This document shows, piece after piece, positions 24,854-37,000 of a stretch of DNA of 64,000 bases (position 1 is its first letter; every line of letters begins with the position of its first letter). Source of the stretch: Auanema rhodensis (taxonomy: Eukaryota; Animalia; Nematoda); contig OZ059898.1 of the NCBI GenBank assembly GCA_964057225.1, forward strand, positions 15,810,001-15,874,000. Reading direction: 5' to 3'. Below the pieces are notes generated by a model. The model worked only from the letters and a program-made list of their open reading frames with translations, ran no database searches and was not told where the DNA came from. The position numbers and the translations under genes are program-made.

Positions 24854-27800
24854 TCAATCCAGACTTCCTTTCTTTGATTCATCCAAACTATGACCTTCTC
24901 CGTCATCACCTATCAATAAATAAATTGTTGATTAAGTTTCAGTTAAATAACAATACCTTCTATGAATAAGGTAGAGTCAATAGTCTGACAAACATCCTTG
25001 AATACCGAATCAATGTCTTGATCACCATCAACCTAGATAAATAAAAGTTTTCTCAGGAAATATAATGGTGATTAATAGAGATAGGAAAGAAAGATGAAAT
25101 TGTGCATAGGAAAAATAGCAAGCAGGTGATTTATAAGCTATCTTCTAAATTTAGCATTTCCGGTAATAAGAACATGCAAAGCAAACGACAAATCTTCTAT
25201 TTATATCTAATTTCATCTGTTGAGTAGAAATCGCCTTATTTGGAAGAAGCATCTGATAGAGTGAAGGATGAAGAAGAGGTAGAAGCAGAAGAAGCACTGT
25301 AGTAGCATAAAGATTCCAGTAACTGACCTGTCGACGCGGGGACACATCATCCTTATTTGGACATTGAGTTCTATATAAATTTCTACGCTTAGCAAAATGT
25401 CTTGAATTAAGCACTACGCAAACTAAGCATTAAAGCACACATTCGAAGTTAATCAAAAAGCAATTTCAAGAAAGCTCTAAACTTTGGTATTCAAGCTACT
25501 CTAAAGATCTTAAAGCTCGTTTTCTTTAGCAAAAGTCTTATTAATATCGTCTGTCCCCGTGTGACAAGGTCAGCTAACCGTTGATTCCACTCCGATACGA
25601 ACCACTCGTAATTTTCCTTTATCGTCCAGATACTTCAACATTGGAAGTGTATTCTGTTTGAAGGCAGCTAGGCGAATCTTGAAGACCTCAGGGGCATCAT
25701 CTGGAACAAATGTATTATGAAGAAGTTCATCACGTTTCTAATTAAGAAGTTACCTGGCCTTTCTTCTTTGTTAAGTTCATATCTTTTCTTAACAACTTCT
25801 TCACAATATTGTTCTGTACAATCTACCAGAATAACAACATCAATTCTCTCAATCTGAACACATGTATCTTACGTACATCAATTAATGGAAAACATACAAT
25901 ATTCTCTAAGTCGGTTACTTGTGATAATGTTCTTGGATATCCTTCAATCACATATCCCCAGCTTGTATGACCTATACTGTGCATTTCTGTGAACAATACA
26001 TCTCGACAAAGAATCTAAATTCAATTTTCTGTTTATACTTTTAGGTTTGACATACCATTGGCACAGGTTCTCCTTGGTCCATTTTTGCATTAACTTGCTG
26101 CCAAATGTCATCTTGTTTCATTTCAGCTGCTTTCCTCCGGAGAAGTTCACCCATAGAAAGCAATATAAATCCATCGTATTTTTGAACTATTTTTTTCGCT
26201 ATCTCAGCTTTATTCGACCCAGGGGCACCTTTAAAATATATATTACCACATCATTTTGCTTTTACTTCAAATTCTATACCGACTATCAATACAACTGGTG
26301 CATTATTAGGAAGGCCAGTTCGAACACTAGAAACTCCTACAACTTCGTCTGTTGTACCCGCGTTCGATACTGCAGGCGCAGGTTCTGAATTTACGGCCGC
26401 ACTGGTTGGTGGCCGGGATCCAGCTTTGGTTGCTGGACGTACTACTGAAAAGGAGTGATTTAATTATATAAACAGTTCTTTAATTCTATGAAAATGAACA
26501 AGCACTCCAGCAGAATCCACTCACTGGGATTAGCTGATGTAGGAACCACAACTACTTCTGGTACTTCAGTTGAAGCAGCTAAATTAAGAAAGTAAGTAAT
26601 ATAGTTAGTAATTAATAGTTATAAGTATTTGATTTTGTTTTAATAAAGAATAGTTTTAAAAAAATTTAAATAAGCTATTCACCTTCACCTTTAGATTCCA
26701 GTACTCGGGGGGCAGATACACCTAAATGTTTACTGTTTACTTTAATTTGAATAAAAAAAATGGAGTTCAAAATTAATTAAAGTCCCTCCATTATTACAAT
26801 AAAATCAGTAACATCATATGTATTACAAATCCTAATGTTTCAGCTGAAATAACACACCTGTAGATTTTCGTGATTTTCGACTTCCCGGACGACTCGGATT
26901 CGTTGGCGGCACTCCTGAAAAAATAGATTTGTTGGAAAGAGTTTGTTAATCTGAATGAATGATTACCAGCTGATGTACTTGCACGAGAAGGATCTTTGGC
27001 AGGCGTTCTTTCTCTTTCTGGATCTGGTGTAATTAATGGTGGAACTTCATCTTTTGATGCCTAAAATGCTCAAAATTTAAAAAATATTTTGAAGAATTAT
27101 TGATGTCCATTCCAACAACCGTTCAATGAACTCTATTAATGTGAATGAAAATAGTTTCACGGAACAACGATAAATATTAAATTTGAAAATCATACATTTG
27201 GAGGTGTTTTAACAACTTCTGAAGCTGCTATTGCAGCGGCGGCGGCTATACTTGCAGCTGTAACCTCGGGAACTCGTTGACTAGTTTCGGGCTTCTATAA
27301 TAAAATACGTAATGATATATTTATTGCTTAATTAATTTGCTCCTTTAAATCAGGTTGGCAAAATCACTAACTTGAGAAGTTGGTGGTCCGGCTTGACTCG
27401 GTGGATTACTGTTATAAACAGGTATACCAGTTTCCATAGCTTTCTCAACTAATGATTTCATTCTTTCAAATATCGCTTGATCATCTTTTTCTCCTGGAAT
27501 CTGAAAATAAGGATTTTTAAAAGTTATTAACGAGATGCAACAGTACTAAATGCAAAAGCTTTTGGTCATCGAAATATTTTGCGGAAGGTAAAGTTTTTTG
27601 CTTGAATTCCTAAAAAAACGAAGAAGATTATGAAGACGAAGCAAATAAAATCAGACTTTAATTTTCTGATCTATTAACTCCATTCCCAATCCTCTTCTTT
27701 CCATATGATCTCGAAGTGTTTTTTCGTCGTAATCAATAATTAAAGCCATATTCACTGTTTTAACCTAAACAGTTTAGAAAATGTAAAGAAATTACTATAA

Positions 27801-30800
27801 ATAGAAATGTACTTGTCTTTCAAAATCTTCTACTTGTCTTGCTTCTCGAGGAAATCCTTCAAGGAAAAAAGCTGTAGCAGTTCTATGTCTACCCATCTCA
27901 GCTTTGACAAGTGCCAAAGCTAGTGGATTAGGAATAAGTTCACCTGTAATTTATAATTTCTTATTTTTCTTGTTCACTTCAATCAAATACCTCGCATATA
28001 GTGATCATTGGCATCTTTCCATTCAGCATATTTATCTTTATAACGACTAAGAGCTTTACGTATAACATCAGGCATACATATATGAATCAATCCTTTATCA
28101 GATAAAGAATCAGAAACTCTAGCAGCATGTCGTGTTTTTCCACCTCCTGGCCCACCTGCAAAGAAAAAATTTCCGAATAAGTCTTTTTTTGGATCTTTTT
28201 TTTGTGATTATGCATGTGATTAGTCTTTTTTTAAGAATAAATAATTATTCTACTCCGGAACACGATTTCATCCCCCACATCTCGAATGGAAAAAACCCGA
28301 AATGCATTTGGTTTGATTCTATATGTTCTAAATGTTTCTTTTAGCTTGGTTTACATGCTTGGGAATATGGCGTAGACTATGTGATCGATCAAGAATAGAC
28401 ATAGAAGTGTCAAATGTCTATAATGGATGTAAGATGCTTCTTCTCGTGCCAGAAAAGCTGGCGGGAACTCTTAAACGTTATTTTTCTCATGTATCAAGAG
28501 GCGTTACTTCTTGACCAATATTTGCTTTTTCTACTCCGGAACTATTTTCATCATGAAAGAAATCTTACCCATAAAGAGAATAATCGGAACATCTGGTATC
28601 TGTGCCACTTCAGCAGCTTTTATCACCGATGGTTGACGGTTTAAACTGCGACTTCCAGCCGCTGTTCGCCGTGGTTCTCGAGAATGTTCCCGCATTGTTT
28701 TATTCTGTAACAATTGTGCTTAGATCAACTTTGAATTGTTGCATTAGACAACATGCAGTGGATAAAGACGGAATGACTCTGATTCAACATTTTCCGATTT
28801 AAATTTCCGTACATCTAGTAGAATATATCCGGTCGTAATATAAAATTGCTCACCTCTTGATCAATAGACGGCTCCCTCTCTTTCTCTTTCACTTTTTTCT
28901 TTCTATCTTCATTCCTGAAAAGTAAGTAAGCTTAGCTAGTTAGTATTTTGAAGAATTTAAATTTACAATGAATTTTCTTTGAGAGTTGATCCGTTGTGAC
29001 TTCTAATAGTTCGTTTGGAAGCGATCTCTCGTCTTTCTGAAAATAAAAAATCATTTAAAACAGAAAAAAAAAGGAAACTTCTCATCATTCTTATAGAATA
29101 GTTTAGTTTGTTTAGAAGACAATATTATAAAACTTTCCGATTTATATACTAACTACTAAAACAATAAAAAATCTTAAAATGTGGCTAGGACGTCGTACGC
29201 GTTAGAGAACTAACAGCTTAAGCAAAAGTTTATACAATGAAGCTAGATAGGGGGAAGCATTCAATGGGCCAACCTACTCCTAACAATTACGGGTTGTCGA
29301 CGTCGGAAGTTGTTGGTCCAACCTGGATGGATGGATGCCCATAGCTATTATAAGCACAAAAGGTACTCATAGTGAGATACCGTGAACTGAGAACGTAGAG
29401 AGAATAACATCTCTTCGTATTGCTTCCGGGGTTGAACGGAAGAATCCAAAACGTCTAGACGCGTTCCTGACTTGTTTCTCGTTAAAGCGAACACAGCAAT
29501 AATAATTCAAAAATCAAAAGTTTCGAATTCTCAATAGCAAAAGAGTATGGATGTTTGATTTCTAAATATGCCAAATGCATTATCAAGGCTACATGTGTAG
29601 TTGACATTTCCTTAGCCATGACTGCTTGGCGCAATGGTAGCGCGTTCGACTCCAGATCGAAAGGTTGGGCGTTCGATCCGCTCAGTGGTCAGAATTTTTT
29701 GCCGTCGTTTAAAAAAGAGCTCTAGAAACTGAAATAGATAGAAAATTCGGTTTCCCTTATTTTAGCATTAATTTAAGTAATAATCCTTCTGGTATAATGG
29801 ATTAACATTGTTTATCATTTTTTCAAAAAAATGATGTCATCATCTTATTTAATTTCTACGTATCACAAACTAATGCATTATTCCTGAAAATTCGTCTTTC
29901 CCCCTCTTTTCAGTTTTTTTTATTATTGTTCAATAAGAAAATTTCAGTAAAATTAAATAAAAAAGTGAGGCTCATGCTTTAGTCACCTTCCAAGTTCGCT
30001 CGAAAGATCATCCGGTCAAGAACTTACACGGATGAACAGTTAGGCAGTGCTCAATATCCAGCTTTACTAATATGAAAAGCACATCAGTGACCAATGTTTA
30101 GTCGTCCGAACTTAGATATATTGAGAGCCACATGAGTGGTTTATCTTATTGTAGGATTAGATATGTTAACCTTTCTAAAATTGGTAATCCATAACTTTTT
30201 CAGCAGATTACTTTTAATCTGCTGTTTTATCGCATGATGCTGGCAATAAATTCAACCCAAGAATAGGTTTAGAATAATAATATATGCTCTAAACTAGTAA
30301 TCGACGATAATACTACTCCTACACTAAGAAAAAAACGAACTCTTACGACACAATTTAAGGCAGAATCGAACAACTTCACCTCAGTTTAAACTTCAACTAT
30401 ACTATATAATATATATTCTATGTTTCTCTTTCCTGGCAGGATGTGCGTGCTTGGCTTCCCACCAATTCAGCATTTTCCCTTCAAGGATTCGTAGCATATG
30501 CTTCAGCTTAATGATTACGGTTCGATTATAGAAAAACATTCACCACTATTTTGTTCCTTTTATGATTTTTCTTTTGAAACAGTACCAGGAACAAAATAAC
30601 AAAACTACAAATAGTAGGGATAAATAATTTTTCTTCATTCTTTCACAAGAAATATGTATGCATATAAAACTATTGAGAAAAAAGGTAAAATATAGTCGTA
30701 GGAAACACTTATGAACATATGCTTTTTGTGTGGAAACATGAAAACAAGCATGCCTTTTTTCTACTCTCTCAAAGAATGTCTTACTAGCCAATAAATCGTT

Positions 30801-31695
30801 CCTAGATCCCTCGTTACACCACCCATCTCTGCCATGCGTCTTGGTGAGTCGCATAATGTGACACGCACACTGACCATATATGGCCTTTTAGTTTAGAGAG
30901 CACTTATGCCTTTGATATAGTTTTCATCAAACGTTTGCCCCTCTCAGCATCGAGAAGGACATGATGTGTATTATATGATGGTTCAAATCATAAAATAGCC
31001 GGGATAGCTGATCCAATCCATAAACATCATCCGTTAAAGCGCTCAATTATCAAAAATGACACAATAAAATGTACATGTTATGAGCAAACAAATAGAAATC
31101 TGTTTATCCATCAACAACTATTTATGAAATTGAAGAACGATGAACGTGCACAACCGTCTCTGCGTTGGGCATTGGGAACAATGAAAACTTGAAACGTGAG
31201 TGTTCACGTGAAACTTTACTACACTTCCTTTTAGCGTGAGCATAGAATATTTGGAAATGAAAACTAATTGTTTCTAAAAATACATTTAGAAATGTTTTAG
31301 TAGAGTATATATAAATAAGTTCGTTTTCGTTTAATCAACGCACAAAAAAAGGTGAATCAATCAGGATAAATTACTATTCAAGAATGATAAGCTCATAATA
31401 ATTTAGATATACCTGATGATGTGATTCCTTTATCAATAAACATATCCCAAGACAAGTGATTATCAGGATTTTGCTTAAGTTGTTTGATGGCTTCTTCTAA
31501 AAATCCTAATGGATCTTCAGGCCGATTGTAAATGAGACCCGTCATCAAACCCTGGAATTATTTAAATTACTAATATTATAATTTTTAAATGTTAAATGAA
31601 TAGTTCATTGATTATTATATATAAATAACAAAACTAACCTCGAACAGTTGGGGGATGGAATGCTCTTGAAGGTATAGTTTGGCTTCTGCACCCAT
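24854..31695 (-). CDS. Tandem two-domain adenylate kinase with an N-terminal DPY-30/RIIa-type docking domain (AK5-like architecture); about 20 exons
   Basis: MGAEAKLYLQEHSIPQLFE|GLMTGLIYNRPEDPLGFLEE docking motif. AK1 IILFMG|GPGGGKT...FFLEGFPREARQ. Pro/Ser/Thr linker of small exons. AK2 VVLIVG|APGSNK...YVIEGYPRT...RPD|DAPEVFKIRL. Confidence 0.9.
29291..29342 (-). CDS. Candidate alternative first exon of the adenylate kinase (MGIHPSRLDQQLPTSTT, phase 1)
   Basis: taatag acceptor 2 nt before the ATG, GTAATT donor, and phase 1 matching the downstream acceptor near 29037. Confidence 0.55.
29620..29691 (+). tRNA. tRNA-Trp (CCA), nested antisense in an adenylate kinase intron
   Basis: GACTGCT...AGTGGTC acceptor stem, TGGCGCAATGG A box, TTCGA-CTCCAGA-TCGAA anticodon arm, GTTCGATCC B box, T6 Pol III terminator at 29695-29700. 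Confidence 0.97.
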
Positions 31696-31915
31696 TTTAT
31701 ATAGATTTTTCACAAAATAAAAAGATGTAAAAAATTGAAACAGTGAACCTTATTGGCCTTGCTCTGCCACAGAGCTGAGCCTAAGACTCTAGACGTTAAG
31801 GTTATTCCTAATTTGGAGCGGATGTATTTCTAGTTGACTGCCTCTGGAAGGCACTAGTTGCTGAACGTACGCATAGACATAGAAAATATGCCCAAGACAT
31901 AAGCTTGCCATGCCA

Positions 31916-31929
31916 GTTTCCATGGCTAC
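31916..31929 (-). promoter_or_regulatory. X-box (DAF-19/RFX site) GTAGCC-AT-GGAAAC
   Basis: Perfect match to GTHNYY-AT-RRNAAC, about 220 bp upstream of the adenylate kinase ATG. Confidence 0.65.
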
Positions 31930-32490
31930 CATATCAGTCCTACATAGCTAACACCCCTTTATCTTTTTCTATCACTCATATCGAAAGGTATAGAAGTCGG
32001 AGCCAGAGGCACACAACCAGAATTGAATTAGCCGGATTAGCCTTTTGTTCGATCATATTTCTTCCCCTTACATTCTTTCAAGAAATAAAGAAGCAGCAGT
32101 TTAATAATCAGATTCACTTCGGTGAAAAGGTATATAAAAAAAATATAAAATATACGATTATAAAAGAAAATCTATATGGCATGGAAACGGTAAAAAGAGA
32201 AGCGAAAAGGACAGGGCAATTTGTTTTTTAGTTTGTATTTAGTATTTAGCTGTAGAAAGGTATATTATACAAAAATACACGTCGATGCGAAAGGGTGAGA
32301 AACAGATTAGATAATGACGAACGACGATGCTGTACGAGACTGGGGACATGAAATAACTTATATAAAGTATCACACGAATAGGAACAAATCTCATCCTAGG
32401 CTAACCATAGAATTCAAGTGTTACGAATTAATAAATAAGAAACTGAGAAGAGACAGATGATTAAAAGAGATGTTGAATCAAAGTTTTTCC

Positions 32491-34019
32491 TTATTTGGGC
32501 ATAGGCTTGGCCTCTTCAGCTGGAGTAGTAGCGGTACTATTGTTTCCACGAGCAGCTCCGGCAAGATGGTCGATTGATGTTGAAGCAGCCATTCTAGCCT
32601 GAAATTACAGTAAACGTATTAATTCATGTGTAACATATACTTAAAAGAAAAAGAAGAACAAAAGTAATAAAATATTTCTTACATTGTTGTAAGCACTTCC
32701 AAGTTTACTCTCAAATGACTTGAAAAGAGAAGAATTGCGCATTCCATTCCATTTTTCTTTCACGGAATCAGCAGTAGCAGAAGCAACCTCATGAGTTTTT
32801 TGGAAACTGAATAGTAAAGTTTACATTTCACAATATAATAGAAATGACTCACGCTTCAGAATCTGTGACAACCTTCAATCCCTTATTGATATCGTTAGTC
32901 AGTTCAACGAGTGGGTTGAGACCAAGCTTCCGCTTGAGTTCGGCTGCATGCTTTTGGCGAGCAAGTAACACTTGTTTCAAAGTAGAAATTTCATCTTCAG
33001 TCTTTAATAACAAAAGAAAATTATAATAAAAGAAAATAGTAATAAAAGATTAAGCAAAAACAAAAATGATATACAAACACAAACCTTGGTTAGTTCCTCT
33101 CTGAGAAGTTGTTTCTCAGCTTCGCTTAGCTCACAAGCAGGCTCGTTGGTCATGTCGAATACTGGTTCAGCAGCTGAAAAAGATATATATATATACTTTC
33201 ATGTATAAAGAAATAATAAGAATTAATTAGTTCTACATCAAGAAACAATTCATATTCAACATGAACTGCCGAACTCTGCGAAACAGCAGCAACTAACAGT
33301 CCAGTTTCGTGACTCATTTGCGAGGATAGGAAGTTCGACTCATCAATATATTTACTTTGTACTCGCGCGCCTAGAGTTCCTTCTATATCTGCCTCTCCAA
33401 TCACAACGGCATCATCAGAATCAGAAGTATCCTCCAGTTTAGATGCCAAGTTTTCCAATCCTTTGACATCGTTTTTGCCTTTACCAGTAGCCTTGCTCTT
33501 TGGCATTATTGATTCTCTTTAGTACAGGATGTTAAATGTAAGATAAGGAGAAAAAGAATAATGTTCATACGACGAGAAAAGCAATAAAAGAACGACTGTA
33601 TTTGAACTATGTTACGAAGTCAAGAAACGTGGATGCTATACGATGAAAGTCTGTAGCGACGATAACTACGACACAGAATGAGAACATGAAAAACGATTCC
33701 CAAAAAGGAGGCAATATCGCATAACAGGGAGTCGAACGAAACGTTCTATCTCCAGCAACAGCAAATGACGGTAAACAATGACGTGTACGGCGTCCCTGAC
33801 TGTATGATGGGTGTTTCTATCTGTTCCTCTCATACGCCTCATACGTCTCAGAACTCTTCCATCTCCCCTTTGTCAAAGAATGAGAGGAATACGAGTATAT
33901 AAAAAGACTCTTTCTCGCAAATGAAAACTGTCAGATGGTCGGCCAAAAAACATCTAGCATTTTTCATTTTTTGAAAGGGTCTTAAAACAGAACTTACTTT
34001 CCATAGCAGGAGTAGCCAT
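32491..34019 (-). CDS. Tumour protein D52 (TPD52) family protein with two alternative first exons (34019-33998 MATPAME; 33506-33357 MPKSK...)
   Basis: EKQLLREELTK|TEDEISTLKQVLARQKHAAELKRKLGL, MRNSSLFKSFESKLGSA, MAASTSIDHLAGAARG. Closely resembles C. elegans F13E6.1 as recalled. Confidence 0.92.
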
Positions 34020-37000
34020 AGTTTTATTGTACAAAAGTCGTTTCCTGAGAGAAAAAATTAGCTTAACAGACAATAAAATCAAACTGTAATAAAAGTAGAA
34101 AACAGCAAACACACAGCAAATATGGAAAACATCACAGCAACCAGTTTTAATGCGATAAAATCGAAATGAATCAATGGTACTTAGTATATTACATATATAG
34201 ATACATATGAAAATGTAAAATTATGAAAAGTATTATTTGTAATTAAATTTTTAGTCATAAATAGATATAAATGAAAAGAATGGGGAATTAAACAAGATTT
34301 CGACTAATGTCCGAAATTTCAATTAACGGTCAATTAGATAAACGTGCGGTTTCATGGAATAATATGATCACATTATCGTAACTTTAGAAGCTAAGTTTTA
34401 AAATTAATCATGATTGAAATGCTATATATAATTTTTAGAATTTATTGGATACAATTATAAAATCAAAACGTGGCGTAGCCATCCCCCATTTCGGACAACA
34501 GAAAAGCTATTGATTCTCTGTATTTGCACACTCACGGAAAAAAACAGATGCTTTCGTGGCAGGACCCATTAGTTTCGAGGAAAAACGTTTGAATAGTTCA
34601 CTGGCACATATTATGATTTAAAGTGATTTAAAAATAATGAAAATAGTGATAGTATAAGGCAGTAGTTGTGAAGTATTTTTTATATGTGATAAGCAAATAT
34701 GGACTATGCTGATATGCTTAGTTATATGACCAGAAAAAAAGTATAAATTGTTTGTTTTGTTCGCTAGCTGTGAGCAAATAAACAATGATAAAATAAAATT
34801 ACAATATATCTAAACGAATTAATTATAAAAAAAGTTATTATAAAAAATTAGGAGGGCTTTTTAAATTTCAGTAGTTCAGAAATATTCAGAAATGGTTGTG
34901 TTAAATAAACAATAGACCGCCTTACATTCGATACGAATTTCGAAATGACGTGAAACTGATGTAAGAGCTCGTCAAAAAAAAGAGAAAAGATGACAAGAAC
35001 TTTACATCTGACTAACACTATAAACTAAATATTTTTCTTGAATACAAGAAGAACTTGAAACACATAATATATATATAAATATATGATTCATAGATACATT
35101 ATGCAATCGTTTGTTATCTTAGTTACAAAATCTGTTGATACCTATCAAATTATTTTGCACAAAAATAAAAAGAGAAGAAAGAAAAGACAAAAGCTATTCC
35201 CTTTTAGGATATTTAATTGTTTATGAATGATATTAAGATAACTGTTTTACACATGTGCTCATGAGGGAATTTAATTTGAATTATTACTTGTAATATAAGA
35301 GCTGCAATATTTAGTACTTCATATACATAAATATGTATAAACCACACAATATATTCCCAAGAATATGCTAGATATTTGATTATCTTATCGACAATAATAA
35401 TAATAAAACTAAAATTATTTCTTGGAATTTCTATACTTTGTTTTAAAACATTTGCTTTATATATATTACTCCAATTTCTTTCTTTTTTTTTCATTTTAAT
35501 ATTTGTCATATAGTTATTATCAAATACACTATACTAAAGACAAATGATTGCTTCATACTTTAGTTTTATTCTTTTTTTCCCCAATAAAATGAGTGAGATG
35601 AGTCAAGATAGGAAATTACCCACACATTATCCTAATAACCAAAAATTTTGAATTATCCGCTTCATTTTCTCCAAATATGTGTACATATCCCTGCAGCGTA
35701 ACATGAAATGCATAAAATTTTAATTTTTAAATTTGTAATTATGTAACTAGTTTATCCTTATTTTGCTCACTTCCTATTATTAAAACTGTAATTAAGAACA
35801 TTTGTTCCATCCAACATTCCTTTTTTCCATCCATTTGCCATACGTTTGTTTCATACAATTCTCTTCCCTTTATAAAATTTTTAGCAGAAAAATTATAAAA
35901 AACTATACGCTAACCTCTTTCAAATCCTGCATCCTAAATCATGGTTTTTGAATATCTCTGCTTCAATGAACTTCAAATATATATTTAAATATACTTTTTA
36001 AAATTCTAAAGCTATAGTTAAATTTTATAATAAAATTTTGATATGATATATTATTTTCTCGACAATTAATTCAAAGATGTGTATGTTCGGATATGAGATA
36101 ACGTTCTATTCTATATTTCCTCACAATGAAAAAAATGAATTTAAATTATTTGTTCGAAAACAAATAGTAAATTTACAAAAGAAAATGAAAAAAGTTCAAC
36201 TCTCTCTCTCATGCTTGCTTGCTCAATGTTTTTGCCATTTGTCAGTTAGACTTAAAACAGGGATTCAGCAACAAATTTCCATTATGACTTGCTTCCATCA
36301 AGTTTTGAAAAACTTTCTTTTACAAAATCATGAACTTTGATCTTATTTATAAAATTTACTTGTAGCTAATCAGGATTATATATTGCCTAAAATGATTTCA
36401 GGTCGGCTGCTTCCCGTTTTCCGGTCCTTTGTTGAAAAGGTAGATGTTGTCTACTGTCCGTTTTGTGTCCACGTCATTCCACCTTCCGAACCTTGAATAG
36501 ATGCCACAAGATGTTTTCTCTTCTCTTGCTTATCGTGTATTCTAGCTCTTTTATTACTTTTGAACAAAAAAAAGTGAAAAAAAAACTTGAGCTATAGGTA
36601 ATGTGTATGAGAGTTTTGCGTGCTTTTCTGTTCTCTGAACTTTACGGTATTCCAGCGGGTAGTTCATCATTCTTGTAAATCTAACTCATACTAACTCTAA
36701 CTTCAACTCCCAACTCTAATGTATTCAATTTAAAAATTCTCACCCCTTTAACGTCAATGGAAGTTAGTTTTTCCTGAACAACATACATATTGCCACTCAT
36801 TTTCTCCCAATTTCAGTACTTTACATGCGTATCAAGAATGTTTTGCATTTTGAAAAGCAATCTAGGCTATACATAAAATTTACAGAAAAAGGATAGATAC
36901 TAGATATAACTAATTGAATTATGTGAATATGTAAAATTTTTTTATTTAGACCAAATACTCCTTGTCTAAAAGATAGATAATGGCTGAAGTAATATTCAAG

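Noticed and set aside
30400-30510. Another possible kinase first exon (MLRILEGKMLNWWEAK...)
   Set aside because: No convincing phase-1 donor before the stop.
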